A DNA stretch of 32,000 nucleotides, taken from positions 37,994 through 69,993 of the forward strand of contig CAKOYB010000003.1 in the NCBI GenBank assembly GCA_934130435.1, read 5' to 3'. This document shows positions 1-9,824 of this stretch, piece by piece. The notes beneath the pieces were generated by a model, which was not told where the DNA came from, made no database searches, and worked only from the letters and a program-made list of their open reading frames with translations. The translations under genes were made by a program, and so were the position numbers. This stretch comes from an uncultured Clostridia bacterium (GTDB taxonomy: Bacteria > Bacillota > Clostridia > TANB77 > CAG-508). Every line of letters starts with the position of its first letter. Within the stretch, counting starts at the first letter, position 1.

Positions 1-1
1 C

Positions 2-895
2 CATTTTTTTATTTCTTGTAACTATAAATAAATTATTACAACCACTATAGTCTATTGATTGATATTTAAATTCTATCATTGTCTTTTTATTTTTAGTTAA
101 ACCACATTGTCCATTTTTGTTTAATACTAAAAATATATCTTTGTCTGTATTTTCAGCACTTATTCCACCTAGTCTAATAATTTCTCCATATTCAGGTTTA
201 TATAATAGTTTTCTTTTTGATGTTATATATCCATATCTAAAGCCTTCTTCTTCTTTATTACCTATTATGTATCCAGAGTATTTATATCCGTCCTTTTCTG
301 TATAATATTCATCTCCAGAAATATAGTCATATTCAAATTTAATTATTTCTGCGCCTTTATTGTTTATTACTCCAAATTTTCCCTCTTTCTTTGCTAATAA
401 TTCTCCTTCTTTGCAAGATAAACCTTCTATTGAATCATAGTCAGCTGTTGTAACAACTTTTCCTTCTAAATTAATTAGTCCATATTTTCCATTATTCTTA
501 TATTTTAACAAGCTTTTTTCGTATAACATTGTTGTAGTAATATTAGATAAGCTAATCGTGTCTAAATTTGGATATTTAGTAAATATTTCAGTTCCATTTG
601 CATTTATAACCTTTGTTTTATAGTCTGTATCACTATTATAGTTATAATAGCAAACAAATATAGGCTTTGAAGGATTCGGTATATGTATACTGTAATACTT
701 TGGTTCAATTATAATATTTCCTTCTGCGTCTATTACCCCAAACTTATTATCGCTTGATAATAAAAAATATCTTTCTTCCTCCACTTTTTCTATACTATAG
801 CTTGATTTGACTTCTAGATATATTTTTCTTCCAATTAGTGCTAATATTGATATAATTACAATTAATGCTAATACTATTCTTATTTTTTTTGACAT
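2..895 (-). CDS. WG (KWG) repeat-containing protein with N-terminal membrane anchor; the 3' end runs off the window
   Basis: Not in the ORF track because it runs off the left edge. My own minus-strand translation from the ATG at 893-895 gives MSKKIRIVLALIVIISILALIGRKIYLEVKSS..., a hydrophobic anchor. It is followed by repeated units such as NKFGVIDAEGNIIIEPKY, GKYGLINLEGKVVTTADY and GKFGVINNKGAEIIKFEY. No stop codon was seen down to position 2. Confidence 0.7.
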   Translation of the reverse strand, partial: MSKKIRIVLALIVIISILALIGRKIYLEVKSSYSIEKVEEERYFLLSSDNKFGVIDAEGNIIIEPKYYSIHIPNPSKPIFVCYYNYNSDTDYKTKVINANGTEIFTKYPNLDTISLSNITTTMLYEKSLLKYKNNGKYGLINLEGKVVTTADYDSIEGLSCKEGELLAKKEGKFGVINNKGAEIIKFEYDYISGDEYYTEKDGYKYSGYIIGNKEEEGFRYGYITSKRKLLYKPEYGEIIRLGGISAENTDKDIFLVLNKNGQCGLTKNKKTMIEFKYQSIDYSGCNNLFIVTRNKKM

Positions 896-918
896 TTTAT
901 TCTTCCCCCGATTGATAG

Positions 919-1077
919 TTATTCATACTCTTGCATTGTTTTTGGTTGGTTTTTATAATAAAAATATGTAGTAACAGTTGTATAAAGCTTAGGAATATAC
1001 ATTGTTATAATAATAAAAATACATATTGTTATTATTAGTGAAATAATATTTATTTGTTTGTCTGAATAAAAACTCAT
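919..1077 (-). CDS. small hypothetical membrane protein (52 aa)
   Basis: The 80-aa track ORF begins inside the upstream terminator hairpin. An internal ATG at 1077 is preceded by AAAGGAG (1083-1089). The product MSFYSDKQINIISLIITICIFIIITMYIPKLY... has one predicted TM helix. I recognise no homology. Confidence 0.4.
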   Translation of the reverse strand: MSFYSDKQINIISLIITICIFIIITMYIPKLYTTVTTYFYYKNQPKTMQEYE

Positions 1078-1107
1078 TTTTTCTCCTTTTTTTACATAAT
1101 AAGTATA

Positions 1108-1156
1108 GCAAAAAACAATAAAAAACTCAAGAAAATTATAAATTTCTTGAGTTTTT
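1108..1156 (-). terminator. rho-independent terminator downstream of the glucan phosphorylase gene (symmetric, could act in both directions)
   Basis: Stem AAAAACTCAAGAAA (1121-1134) pairs with TTTCTTGAGTTTTT (1143-1156) around an 8-nt loop. An A-run at 1110-1125 becomes the T-tract on the minus-strand transcript. Confidence 0.6.
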
Positions 1157-1173
1157 ATCATACTTTTTATTTG

Positions 1174-3741
1174 TTAGTTTACTAACCATTTTATCAAATT
1201 TAAGTTCTTAGAATTTAATAACATTTTATGCTTTGGAATAACCCTAAAGGTATATCCATAATTTCCTCCTGTTGTAAGCTGTAAATTTGCTTTATAATAA
1301 TATTCTTTATTTTCATCATCAGATCTTACTAGCTTCATTGGAATAATTTTTATATCTTCCATTGTTCCATTTTCATTTATTTTTCCTGAATAAGTTTCTA
1401 CTTCTATATTTTCTTCTGAAATATCTGGTAATTTCACTTTGCAATTTACTTCTATTTCGTTTCCAGCATCAATAGAGATATCCTCCAAATTATTAAACTG
1501 TTCAATAGATATTTTATCCCAACTTGCAAGTATTTTATTTTTCCAATCACTAAATTCTCCAACAGTAGATAAATCAGTATAGTATTTGTTGTACACTTTT
1601 GCAAGTGGCATATATAAATTATTTGTATAATCACATAGCATTCTAGATGTACTATATTTTGCTCCTGTTGAAACTATAGAATTTTTCATTATTTCCATCC
1701 ATTTATCTGATATGCCATTTCTATTTTTTTCATAGTAAGCTGGTATTATCTTATTTTCTAAAGTTTGATACATACTTGCTGAGTCAGCGTTATCTTGTAT
1801 CTCATAAGAGTCATATTCTGCATTTGTTCCTATTATCCAACCATTTTTTGTGTTATATCCTTCGGCCCACCAACCATCTAAAACACTAAAGTTAATAACT
1901 CCATTTATAGATGCCTTTTGTCCACTAGTTCCAGATGCCTCCATTGGTCTTCTTGGGTTATTTAACCATACATCTACACCACTAACTAAATATCTTGCTA
2001 AATAAATGTTATAGTTTTCTAGTAAGAATACTTTTCCTTTAAATTGAGGTTTCATAGAAATCTCATTTATGAATCTAATTAAATTTTGTCCTTCTTTGTC
2101 GGCTGGGTGTGCCTTTCCTGCAAATATTAATTGTACTGGTTTAGATTCATCATTTAAAATTTGAGTTATTCTTTCTAAGTCTTTAAAGATTAATGTTGCT
2201 CTTTTATATGTTGCAAATCTTCTAGCAAATCCAATAGTAAGTGCATTTGGATTTAATTTTGATGTTATCTCATTTATTTGATCATAACCAATTCCATTAT
2301 TTCTTAATCTTGTTGTAATATTTTGTTTTACTAATTGTAAAAGCTTTTCTTTTCTTTTTTGATGTTCCTGCCATAATTTATCATTTGGAATATTATATAT
2401 CTTCTTCCATGTATCTTCCTCTTGAATGCTATCTTGCCAATATGGAGTTAAATATTTATTGTATAATTCTTTTAAATTTGGTGCTAACCATGTGCATGTA
2501 TGTACACCATTTGTTACATATGTAATAGGAGATTCATTTGCAGCAATATCAGGCCATACATCACTAAATAATTCTCTTGATACTGCACCATGCAATTTAC
2601 TTACACCATTTTTTTGACCTGCAATCTTTAGTGCAAGAATTCCCATATTGAATCCACTGTCTATTGTATCATTTGGTTTCATACCTAATTTTAAGAAAGT
2701 TTCTTTGTCTATTCCTAATTTTGTCCAATATCCCTTTAAGTGTTTTTCTACTAATGGCATTGGAAATATATCATTTCCAGCTGGTACTGGTGTATGTGTT
2801 GTAAATACAGTTTGAGCTGATGTAATATCTCTTGCTATATCAAATGAAACTTTCTTTTCTTTTATTATGTTTTTCATTACTTCTAATAATAAGAAAGCTG
2901 AATGTCCCTCGTTCATATGATATACTGTAGGCTTAATACCCAATGTTGTTAATAAATTTACTCCACCTATTCCAAGAACTATCTCTTGTTTTATTCTCAT
3001 TTCTTGATCTCCGCCATATAGTCTTAATGTTATTTCTCTATATGAGCTATCTTCATTTTCTGGTATGTCTGAATCAAGTAAATATAGTTTTATTCTTCCA
3101 ACAAGTATTTGCCAAACTTTTAAGTATAAATTTTTTCCTGGCAATTTTAGTAAAATTTTTAAGTCTTCCCCTTTATCATCTTTAACAGGATTAATAGGAA
3201 GATTCATTAGTTCTATATCTTTATATATGCTTTGTTGATTTCCATATTCATCTATCTTTTGATGAAAATATCCATTTTTATAAAGTAATCCAACAGCTAC
3301 AAGAGGCAATCCTAAATCACTTGCTGATTTTAAATGATCTCCTGATAATATTCCTAGCCCTCCAGAATATATTGGCAAAGTTTCATCTAAGCCATACTCT
3401 GCAGAAAAGTATGCAATTAAATCACTTTTATTTTCTGGATACTTTTTGTTAAACCATGTATTTTTGCTGTTCATATATCCATCGAAATCATTTACTATTT
3501 TGTCATACATTTTTATAACTGTAGTATTTTGTTCTGCTTGTTCCAGCTTTTCTTGTGATACAAGTTTTAAAAATTTTACTGGATTCTTTTCAACTCTTTC
3601 CCATAAATCTATATCAATTTCTTTAAATATCTTTAAAAATTCTGTATTCCATGACCACCATAAGTTATTAGCAATTTCTGAAAGTCTTCCTATTCTTTTT
3701 GGAAGTTGTGGATTAACTGTAATTCTATTAAACATGTACAT
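1174..3741 (-). CDS. glgP: alpha-glucan (glycogen/maltodextrin) phosphorylase, GT35 alpha-glucan family
   Basis: 855 aa. It shows typical alpha-glucan phosphorylase blocks (YFSAEYG, GGLGILSGDHLKSASDLGLPLVAVGLLY, NEGHSAF, FARRFATYKR, KAHPADKEGQ, EASGTSGQKA carrying the PLP lysine region). GGAGG lies 10 nt upstream of the ATG. Confidence 0.9.
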   Translation of the reverse strand: MYMFNRITVNPQLPKRIGRLSEIANNLWWSWNTEFLKIFKEIDIDLWERVEKNPVKFLKLVSQEKLEQAEQNTTVIKMYDKIVNDFDGYMNSKNTWFNKKYPENKSDLIAYFSAEYGLDETLPIYSGGLGILSGDHLKSASDLGLPLVAVGLLYKNGYFHQKIDEYGNQQSIYKDIELMNLPINPVKDDKGEDLKILLKLPGKNLYLKVWQILVGRIKLYLLDSDIPENEDSSYREITLRLYGGDQEMRIKQEIVLGIGGVNLLTTLGIKPTVYHMNEGHSAFLLLEVMKNIIKEKKVSFDIARDITSAQTVFTTHTPVPAGNDIFPMPLVEKHLKGYWTKLGIDKETFLKLGMKPNDTIDSGFNMGILALKIAGQKNGVSKLHGAVSRELFSDVWPDIAANESPITYVTNGVHTCTWLAPNLKELYNKYLTPYWQDSIQEEDTWKKIYNIPNDKLWQEHQKRKEKLLQLVKQNITTRLRNNGIGYDQINEITSKLNPNALTIGFARRFATYKRATLIFKDLERITQILNDESKPVQLIFAGKAHPADKEGQNLIRFINEISMKPQFKGKVFLLENYNIYLARYLVSGVDVWLNNPRRPMEASGTSGQKASINGVINFSVLDGWWAEGYNTKNGWIIGTNAEYDSYEIQDNADSASMYQTLENKIIPAYYEKNRNGISDKWMEIMKNSIVSTGAKYSTSRMLCDYTNNLYMPLAKVYNKYYTDLSTVGEFSDWKNKILASWDKISIEQFNNLEDISIDAGNEIEVNCKVKLPDISEENIEVETYSGKINENGTMEDIKIIPMKLVRSDDENKEYYYKANLQLTTGGNYGYTFRVIPKHKMLLNSKNLNLIKWLVN

Positions 3742-3793
3742 TTTAATATTTCCTCCCTAGTACCTTAAATTTTTTATCTAAAAGTATAAACTT

Positions 3794-3822
3794 ATTATCT
3801 ATTAAAATAAAAAAAAAGTCAA
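3794..3822 (-). promoter_or_regulatory. candidate sigma-A promoter for glgP
   Basis: On the minus strand: TTGACT (3817-3822), 17 nt, then GATAAT (3794-3799). It sits about 50 nt upstream of the glgP ATG. Confidence 0.4.
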
Positions 3823-3829
3823 ATAATTT

Positions 3830-3872
3830 AAGAACAAATAAGAAATTTTTTTAATTATTCTTATTTGTTCTT
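3830..3872 (-). terminator. stem-loop between the hlyIII-like gene and glgP (probable terminator)
   Basis: A perfect 15-bp stem, AAGAACAAATAAGAA (3830-3844) with TTCTTATTTGTTCTT (3858-3872). On the minus-strand transcript the T-run is offset by about 12 nt, hence the moderate confidence. Confidence 0.45.
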
Positions 3873-3885
3873 TTAATAATTATAT

Positions 3886-4560
3886 TTAAATCACATAAAA
3901 TAATATACAGAAAAAATGAAATAAGCTTCCTGCTAGACATGTTAGATGGAAAATTGAATGCATCCATTTTCGCTTCTTTCCGACTCCATATAGTATCGCT
4001 CCTATTGTATAAAAAATTCCTCCTGCTACTAGTAAGATAAATCCATTCATTTTAATTTTTTCAACTAATAACGGCATTTTTAGCACAATAAACCATCCCA
4101 TAATTAAATAGCATATCATTGAAAATACTTTGTATTTTTTTAAATCTATTGAATTTAATGTTGTTCCAAGAATAGCTAGCCCCCATATTATACCAAATAT
4201 AGTCCATCCAACTTGTGGGTTTTGTTCTCTTAGTGAACACAAACAAAATGGCGTATATGTACCTGCAATTAATATAAATATAGAACAATGATCAATTATT
4301 TGAAATACTTTTTTAGCCAGTAGCTTACTGCTTAGTCCATGATATATACTTGACATTGTGTATAATACTAGCAATGTTACTCCAAATATTACCCCACTAA
4401 CAACTCCATAGGCATTGCCATGTTTGGCCGCAAATATGCTACATAGCACTATTGCAACTATTCCTAATACAGCTCCTACTATATGAGATACCATATTAAA
4501 AATTTCTTCTCCTTTAGTGTATGTAGGTAGAACTCTGTCTGCTAATTTCGTTCTTTTCAT
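3886..4560 (-). CDS. hemolysin III family (PAQR-type) integral membrane protein
   Basis: 224 aa, about 7 TM segments, with characteristic N-terminal EEIFNMVSHIVGA and C-terminal HSIFHLTC motifs. GGAGG lies upstream. It is only 12 nt downstream of the ABC genes, so probably shares their operon. Confidence 0.85.
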   Translation of the reverse strand: MKRTKLADRVLPTYTKGEEIFNMVSHIVGAVLGIVAIVLCSIFAAKHGNAYGVVSGVIFGVTLLVLYTMSSIYHGLSSKLLAKKVFQIIDHCSIFILIAGTYTPFCLCSLREQNPQVGWTIFGIIWGLAILGTTLNSIDLKKYKVFSMICYLIMGWFIVLKMPLLVEKIKMNGFILLVAGGIFYTIGAILYGVGKKRKWMHSIFHLTCLAGSLFHFFCILFYVI

Positions 4561-4572
4561 ATTTCCTCCATA

Positions 4573-6381
4573 TTATTCATTAAATTGGCTATTATATAAG
4601 TTTGCATAGAATCCGCCTTTAGCTAAAAGATTCTCATGTGTACCTTGTTCTACAATATCCCCATGATCAATAACTAAAATTATATCGGCGTTTTTTATTG
4701 TTGATAGTCTATGTGCAATTATAAATGATGTCCTTCCTTTCATAAGGTTATCCATTGCAGATTGTATTTGTATCTCTGTTCTTGTATCAATTGAACTTGT
4801 TGCTTCATCCAATATTAATATTTTTGGATTTGCTAGAATAACTCTTGCTATTGTAAGCAATTGCTTTTGTCCTGCTGAAACATTGCTAGATTCTTCATTT
4901 AATACAGAATTATACCCCTTTGGAAGAGTTTTTATAAAATGATGTACATGAGCTGCTTTGGCTGCTTCTATTACTTCAGAATCTGATGCTTGTTCATTTC
5001 CATATTTAATGTTTTCCTTTACAGTTCCAGAAAATAGCCATGTATCTTGAAGAACCATTCCAAATATTTTTCTTAAATCGCTTCTTTTAAATTCCTTTGA
5101 GCTTTTTCCATCTATTAATATTTCTCCACTGTCAATTTCGTAGAATCTCATTAATAGTTTTACTATTGTGGTTTTTCCTGCACCAGTAGGCCCAACAATT
5201 GCAATCTTTTGTCCTGCTTTTACTTTTGCACTAAAGTCTTTAATTATTGTTTTTTCCTTGTCATAGCCAAATTTCACATTTTTAAATTCTACATTTCCAT
5301 CTATTTGACTTACATCTGTGTTAGTTAAACACGTTTCTATTTCTTCCTCTTCTTCCAAAAATTCAAAAATTCTTTCTGCTGCAGCTATCATTGCTTGAAT
5401 TGTTCCTGATATTTGTGCAATTTGCCCTATAGGTTGTGTAAATTGTTTATTATAACTAATAAAACTTTGAATATCTCCTACAGCAATTTTACCTTGGATT
5501 GTAAAATATCCACCAACAATTGCAATGGCTACATATCCAATATTACCTATAAAATTCATTATAGGATGCATTAGCCCTGATAAGAATTGTGATTTCCATG
5601 CTGATGATTCTAATTCTTTATTTGCTTTTTTAAACTCATCTAATGTACTTTTCTCACTATTAAAAGCTTTTACTATTGTTAATCCGCCATATATTTCTTC
5701 AACTTGACCATTTACATGTCCTAAATAATCTTGTTGCTTTTTAAAATATTTCTGAGATTTTCCTGCAATTTGTTTTACTATTACTCCAGAAATAGGAAGT
5801 ATTATAAGTGATATTAATGTCATCTGCCAATTTATTGTAAACATCATTATTAGTATTCCTATTATTGTACAGATTGATGTTATTATTTGTGTAATACTTT
5901 GACTAAGATTCATTCCCACTGTATCAATATCATTTGTAATAATTGACAAGACCTCACCATTAGTTTTCTTATCGAAATAATTCATTGGCAATTTATTAAT
6001 TTTAGCTATTAGGTCTCTTCTTAATTTATATGCTAATTTTTGTGATACTCCAGACATTATAAAGCCTTGTATAAAAGAGCAAACTGCACTTATTCCATAT
6101 AAAGATAAGACTGTAAGTATAATTTTACCTAATTTAGTAAAATCAATTCCACCATTTCCTGAAATTTTACCAACTATTCCATTATATATCTCAGTTGTTG
6201 CATTTCCTAAAACTTTAGGTCCTACAATTACAAACACTGTACTTGCAACAGCAAATATAAGTACCACTAGTACTGCTAATTTATATTTTGCTAAATAGTT
6301 ATTAATAAGTTTTTTAGTTGTTCCTTTAAAATCTTTGGCTTTTTCTGTATTTTGTTTTCTCATTTCCATTGGTCCAGGCAT
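4573..6381 (-). CDS. ABC exporter subunit (fused permease and ATPase), consensus Walker B partner of a heterodimer
   Basis: 602 aa with a 6-TM exporter domain. Walker A is GPTGAGKTT and Walker B is ILILDEATS with the catalytic Glu. The signature is the atypical VSAGQ. Its start overlaps the upstream stop by 1 nt (ATAATG). Confidence 0.9.
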   Translation of the reverse strand: MPGPMEMRKQNTEKAKDFKGTTKKLINNYLAKYKLAVLVVLIFAVASTVFVIVGPKVLGNATTEIYNGIVGKISGNGGIDFTKLGKIILTVLSLYGISAVCSFIQGFIMSGVSQKLAYKLRRDLIAKINKLPMNYFDKKTNGEVLSIITNDIDTVGMNLSQSITQIITSICTIIGILIMMFTINWQMTLISLIILPISGVIVKQIAGKSQKYFKKQQDYLGHVNGQVEEIYGGLTIVKAFNSEKSTLDEFKKANKELESSAWKSQFLSGLMHPIMNFIGNIGYVAIAIVGGYFTIQGKIAVGDIQSFISYNKQFTQPIGQIAQISGTIQAMIAAAERIFEFLEEEEEIETCLTNTDVSQIDGNVEFKNVKFGYDKEKTIIKDFSAKVKAGQKIAIVGPTGAGKTTIVKLLMRFYEIDSGEILIDGKSSKEFKRSDLRKIFGMVLQDTWLFSGTVKENIKYGNEQASDSEVIEAAKAAHVHHFIKTLPKGYNSVLNEESSNVSAGQKQLLTIARVILANPKILILDEATSSIDTRTEIQIQSAMDNLMKGRTSFIIAHRLSTIKNADIILVIDHGDIVEQGTHENLLAKGGFYANLYNSQFNE

Positions 6382-8624
6382 TATCTATCACCTCCTAATT
6401 CTTTTTCAGAAAGTTGAGATAGTGCAATTTGTCTATATACTTCATTATCTTTTAGTAATTGTTTATGAGTTCCTTTTCCTACCACTTTTCCTTCTTCTAA
6501 TACTATAATTTGGTCTGCATTTAAAATAGTACTTATTCTTTGTGCAACAATAATCACTGTTTTATTCTTTACTTTTTGTGATAGAGCTTCCCTTAACTTT
6601 GCATCAGTTTCAAAGTCTAAAGCAGAAAAACTATCATCAAATATTAAGATTTCTGGATTTTTAGCAAGTGCTCTTGCTATTGATATTCTCTGTTTTTGTC
6701 CTCCACTTACATTAGTTCCACCCTGTGAAATCTCTGAATTATATTTATTTTCTTTTTCATTAATAAACTCTGTAGCTTGTGCTATTTGTGCTGCTTCTAC
6801 CATTGCTTCATCTGATATATCTTTGCTGCTATACTTAATATTACTTTCAATTGTTCCAGAAAATAAGATTCCTTTTTGTGGAACAAATCCTATAATATCT
6901 CTTAAATCCTTTTGTTTTATATCTTTTACATTTACTCCATCAACTTTTAGTTCTCCGCCTGTTACATCATAAAACCTAGGTATTAAATTCACAACTGTTG
7001 ATTTTCCACTTCCAGTACTTCCTATAATAGCTGTAACTTTTCCTGGTTCAGCAACGAAATTTACATCTTCTAATATTTCTGTATCTGCATCTGGGTATCT
7101 AAATGAGACATTTTTAAATTCTACTAAGCCTTTTTTGCTTTCATCTAATTTTTTTGTTTCTTTTTTATCTTTAATGCTTGGATCTTTTTCAAGTACTTCC
7201 ATAATACGTTTTGCAGAAACTGATGCTCTAGGTAACATTATAGACATAGCAGAAATAACTAAGAATGATATAACAATTTGCATCATATATTGAATAAAAG
7301 CCATCATGTCTCCAACTTGCATTGTTCCATTTTCTATGTGGTGTCCACCTACCCATATTACTAGAACTGACGCTCCATTCATAATAAGCATCATAAGTGG
7401 CATCATCATAGACATAGCTCTATTAACAAAAATATTTACTTTCATTAATGTATTATTATTAACTTCAAATTTTTCTTCTTCTCTTTGTTCTTTATTAAAT
7501 GCTCTTATAACTTGTATTCCAGTTAAAATTTCTCTTGCTCTTCCATTTAATTTATCTATTAGTTCTTGTAACTTTTTAAATCTTGGCATTGCAATTATAA
7601 ACAATGTTCCAACTACTAACAGAATTAAAAATACTGCTAAACCTATAATCCACACCATTGAACTATTTGTGTTAAATACCTTAAATAGTCCACCAATTGC
7701 TATTATTGGTGCATAAACTAATACTCTAAATAGCATTGCCATTAGTTGTTGAATTTGCTGAACATCATTTGTTGTACGTGTAATTAAAGAAGATGTTGAA
7801 AATTCTCTAAATTCTTTATTAGAAAAGCTCAATACTTTTTTAAATACTTTTTCTCTCAATGTTCTTCCAAGTTTTGCTGCAACTTTTGATGATAATAGCA
7901 TTATTATAACAGCTGAAGCCATTGATACGAATGCAACTATTAGCATCTTTATTCCTGTTAAAAATAAATAGTGTTTCTGTATTTTTTCTGTATTGATTCC
8001 TGCGCTTTTATAAATTTCTTTAATTCCGTTTGTAACTGATTGTTCTTTTATTGAGTCTGGCATTTTGGTTAATGTATCTGAGTACTTGGTTAAAACAGCT
8101 TTTAATTGGTCTTCTGGCATTTTTAGAAAAATTGATATAATGTTTGCATCTTTAAATATCTCTCTTTGTTCTTCTGGTAAATTTGCTATAAAGCTTTCCT
8201 TAATTTTGTCACTTACATTTTCGTTTGATAAAGCTCCATATTGAATAATTGGGTTCATTATGGCACGTTTTAATTGTTCATCTTCTGTATTTTTTAATAT
8301 ATATACATTTTTATCTTTAAAGTCATCTCCAATATATTTTTTAGCTATTTTTTCTTGTTCAATATTAAGGTCTTCTTTTGAAGAAATATAAGAGTTTTCT
8401 ATTAATTCTTTTTCTTCAGCTACTTTTAATAAATATTTATAGTCTGTTTCGTTTATAACTTTTGGTACTTTTTCTTCTATTCCACCTGCTTGTATTCCTA
8501 TATTAACAATTTTTGATGTATATTCTGGTAAGTTTAAATCTGCAGAAGCTTGTAAACATAGCAAAATTATGATAATTATTACTTTTCCCCAAGATTCTTT
8601 TAGATTTCTTAGAACTTTTAACAT
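6381..8624 (-). CDS. ABC exporter subunit (fused permease and ATPase) with a large insertion after TM1 and a degenerate Walker B
   Basis: 747 aa. Walker A is GSTGSGKST and the signature is the canonical VSGGQ. Walker B is ILIFDDSFS, with Asp in place of the catalytic Glu. An insertion of roughly 190 aa, hydrophilic and Lys/Glu-rich, lies between TM1 and TM2. Confidence 0.9.
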   Translation of the reverse strand: MLKVLRNLKESWGKVIIIIILLCLQASADLNLPEYTSKIVNIGIQAGGIEEKVPKVINETDYKYLLKVAEEKELIENSYISSKEDLNIEQEKIAKKYIGDDFKDKNVYILKNTEDEQLKRAIMNPIIQYGALSNENVSDKIKESFIANLPEEQREIFKDANIISIFLKMPEDQLKAVLTKYSDTLTKMPDSIKEQSVTNGIKEIYKSAGINTEKIQKHYLFLTGIKMLIVAFVSMASAVIIMLLSSKVAAKLGRTLREKVFKKVLSFSNKEFREFSTSSLITRTTNDVQQIQQLMAMLFRVLVYAPIIAIGGLFKVFNTNSSMVWIIGLAVFLILLVVGTLFIIAMPRFKKLQELIDKLNGRAREILTGIQVIRAFNKEQREEEKFEVNNNTLMKVNIFVNRAMSMMMPLMMLIMNGASVLVIWVGGHHIENGTMQVGDMMAFIQYMMQIVISFLVISAMSIMLPRASVSAKRIMEVLEKDPSIKDKKETKKLDESKKGLVEFKNVSFRYPDADTEILEDVNFVAEPGKVTAIIGSTGSGKSTVVNLIPRFYDVTGGELKVDGVNVKDIKQKDLRDIIGFVPQKGILFSGTIESNIKYSSKDISDEAMVEAAQIAQATEFINEKENKYNSEISQGGTNVSGGQKQRISIARALAKNPEILIFDDSFSALDFETDAKLREALSQKVKNKTVIIVAQRISTILNADQIIVLEEGKVVGKGTHKQLLKDNEVYRQIALSQLSEKELGGDR

Positions 8625-8675
8625 TTATTAATACTCCTTTCACTGCTATTTATTTTCGCATTTAAAATATCCTTT

Positions 8676-8704
8676 ATCATACTAAACATTCGTTCTTTTG
8701 TCAA
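8676..8704 (-). promoter_or_regulatory. sigma-A type promoter of the ABC exporter / hlyIII operon
   Basis: On the minus strand: TTGACA (8699-8704), exactly 17 nt, then TATGAT (8676-8681). It is about 50 nt upstream of the ATG at 8624, and AAAGGAG lies in between. Confidence 0.55.
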
Positions 8705-8744
8705 CCCATTTAAATATTTTTTTAATGGTATTTTTATAAAACAA

Positions 8745-8781
8745 GAATAAAAAACAGGGACTACATTTAATTGTAGTCCCT
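8745..8781 (-). terminator. rho-independent terminator of the SH3b-CAP gene
   Basis: Stem AGGGACTACA (8756-8765) pairs with TGTAGTCCCT (8772-8781). On the minus-strand transcript it is followed by GTTTTTTATT. Confidence 0.65.
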
Positions 8782-8920
8782 ATAAGCTAAATTTTCTTAT
8801 ATTGCCGATATTTATAGTTATCTTCAAAACATATAGTTTATCTTTTAAATTTAAATTGTAATGTATTTTTAAGGATTATTAATGCACCATTTATCTTTTA
8901 AACTTTGAAATTTAATTTTA

Positions 8921-9676
8921 TTATTTTCCAATAAACATTTGTACATATATTTTTCCGTATTTCGGGCTACTTACAACTCCTACTCCAGTATAATTGTAGC
9001 TACTGTTTAGAATATTTGCCTTATGTCCTGATGAATTCATCCATGCTGTTACAGCTGCACTATTGCTTGAGTTTCCTGCTATGTTTTCACCAGCTGTCTT
9101 ATACGAAACTTTAAAACTCTTTAACATGTCAAATGGAGAACCATATGTTGGTGAATTATGAGAAAAATAATTGTTGTTTACCATGTCTTGAGCCTTTATT
9201 TTAGCAACTCTTTGTACTTCACTATCAACTTTTAATGCTTTAAGTCCATTATTAGTTCTTTGTTTATTTATTAAATCAAACACTTCTTTTTCATCATTTG
9301 TCATATTTTCGTTATTTGAACTAGATTGTGAACTATTGTTGTTTTTGTTCGACCCCGAATTAGAGTATATCGGCTTAACATACTTTTTACTAACTGCTCC
9401 TATATGATCTCCCTCAACTTGAACAATATACCACTCTCCAACACCAGCAAATACTCTTATGTATTGATTTTTCTTTACAGATGTAACAACACCATATTTT
9501 GTTCCTGGACCACTTCTTACATTTAGTACAGTTGCTGTTACTATTCCTGTTGAAAAATCAACCTTGTAGTAATCTTGCATTCCAAACACACTTGAAATAC
9601 TAAATAAAGCAACTATAAGAACCAAAAAAATTGCTGCTTTAATAATATTATTTTTTTTAATTGTAATAAATCTCAT
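8921..9676 (-). CDS. secreted SH3b domain plus CAP/SCP (YkwD-like) domain protein
   Basis: 251 aa. It has a signal/anchor (AAIFLVLIVALFSISSVFG) and an SH3b-like block (ATVLNVRSGPGTKYGVVTSVKKNQYIRVF...WYIV). A Ser/Asn-rich linker follows. The CAP block includes FSHNSPTYGSPFDM...GENIA...WMNSSGHKANIL. Confidence 0.8.
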   Translation of the reverse strand: MRFITIKKNNIIKAAIFLVLIVALFSISSVFGMQDYYKVDFSTGIVTATVLNVRSGPGTKYGVVTSVKKNQYIRVFAGVGEWYIVQVEGDHIGAVSKKYVKPIYSNSGSNKNNNSSQSSSNNENMTNDEKEVFDLINKQRTNNGLKALKVDSEVQRVAKIKAQDMVNNNYFSHNSPTYGSPFDMLKSFKVSYKTAGENIAGNSSNSAAVTAWMNSSGHKANILNSSYNYTGVGVVSSPKYGKIYVQMFIGK

Positions 9677-9824
9677 AATTTTCCTCCTATTTAAACATAT
9701 GAATTTTTTATTTTATTTATTCAATTTTTATTTTATTTTACTAAAACAGAGTATATATATAACAGTTTTAGGAGATACTTTTTATATAAATATTTTAGCA
9801 AATTGCTGGAATGGAGGTTTTTAT

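Noticed and set aside
919-1161. The full 80-aa version of the small minus-strand ORF.
   Set aside because: Its first 28 codons overlap the glgP terminator hairpin and T-tract. The internal ATG at 1077 has a proper AAAGGAG, so I shortened the call.
7306-7716. Plus-strand ORFs of 60-139 aa lying inside minus-strand genes (for example 2426-2617, 2943-3185, 3446-3760, 5525-5707, 7306-7716, 12062-12325, 13160-13576, 13869-14150, 17279-17698, 23390-23809, 26028-26291, 30439-30735).
   Set aside because: They lie antisense to long, strongly supported genes. Their composition is low-complexity and rich in Ser, Phe, Ile and Leu, as expected for shadow frames in AT-rich DNA. They also lack convincing ribosome binding sites.
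9677-9824. Sporulation sigma factor (SigE/SigK) promoters upstream of the cotF-like genes.
   Set aside because: CATA-type elements are present (for example CATATGAAT near 9694). In DNA this AT-rich I could not find a match with correct spacing that I would trust without a scoring matrix.
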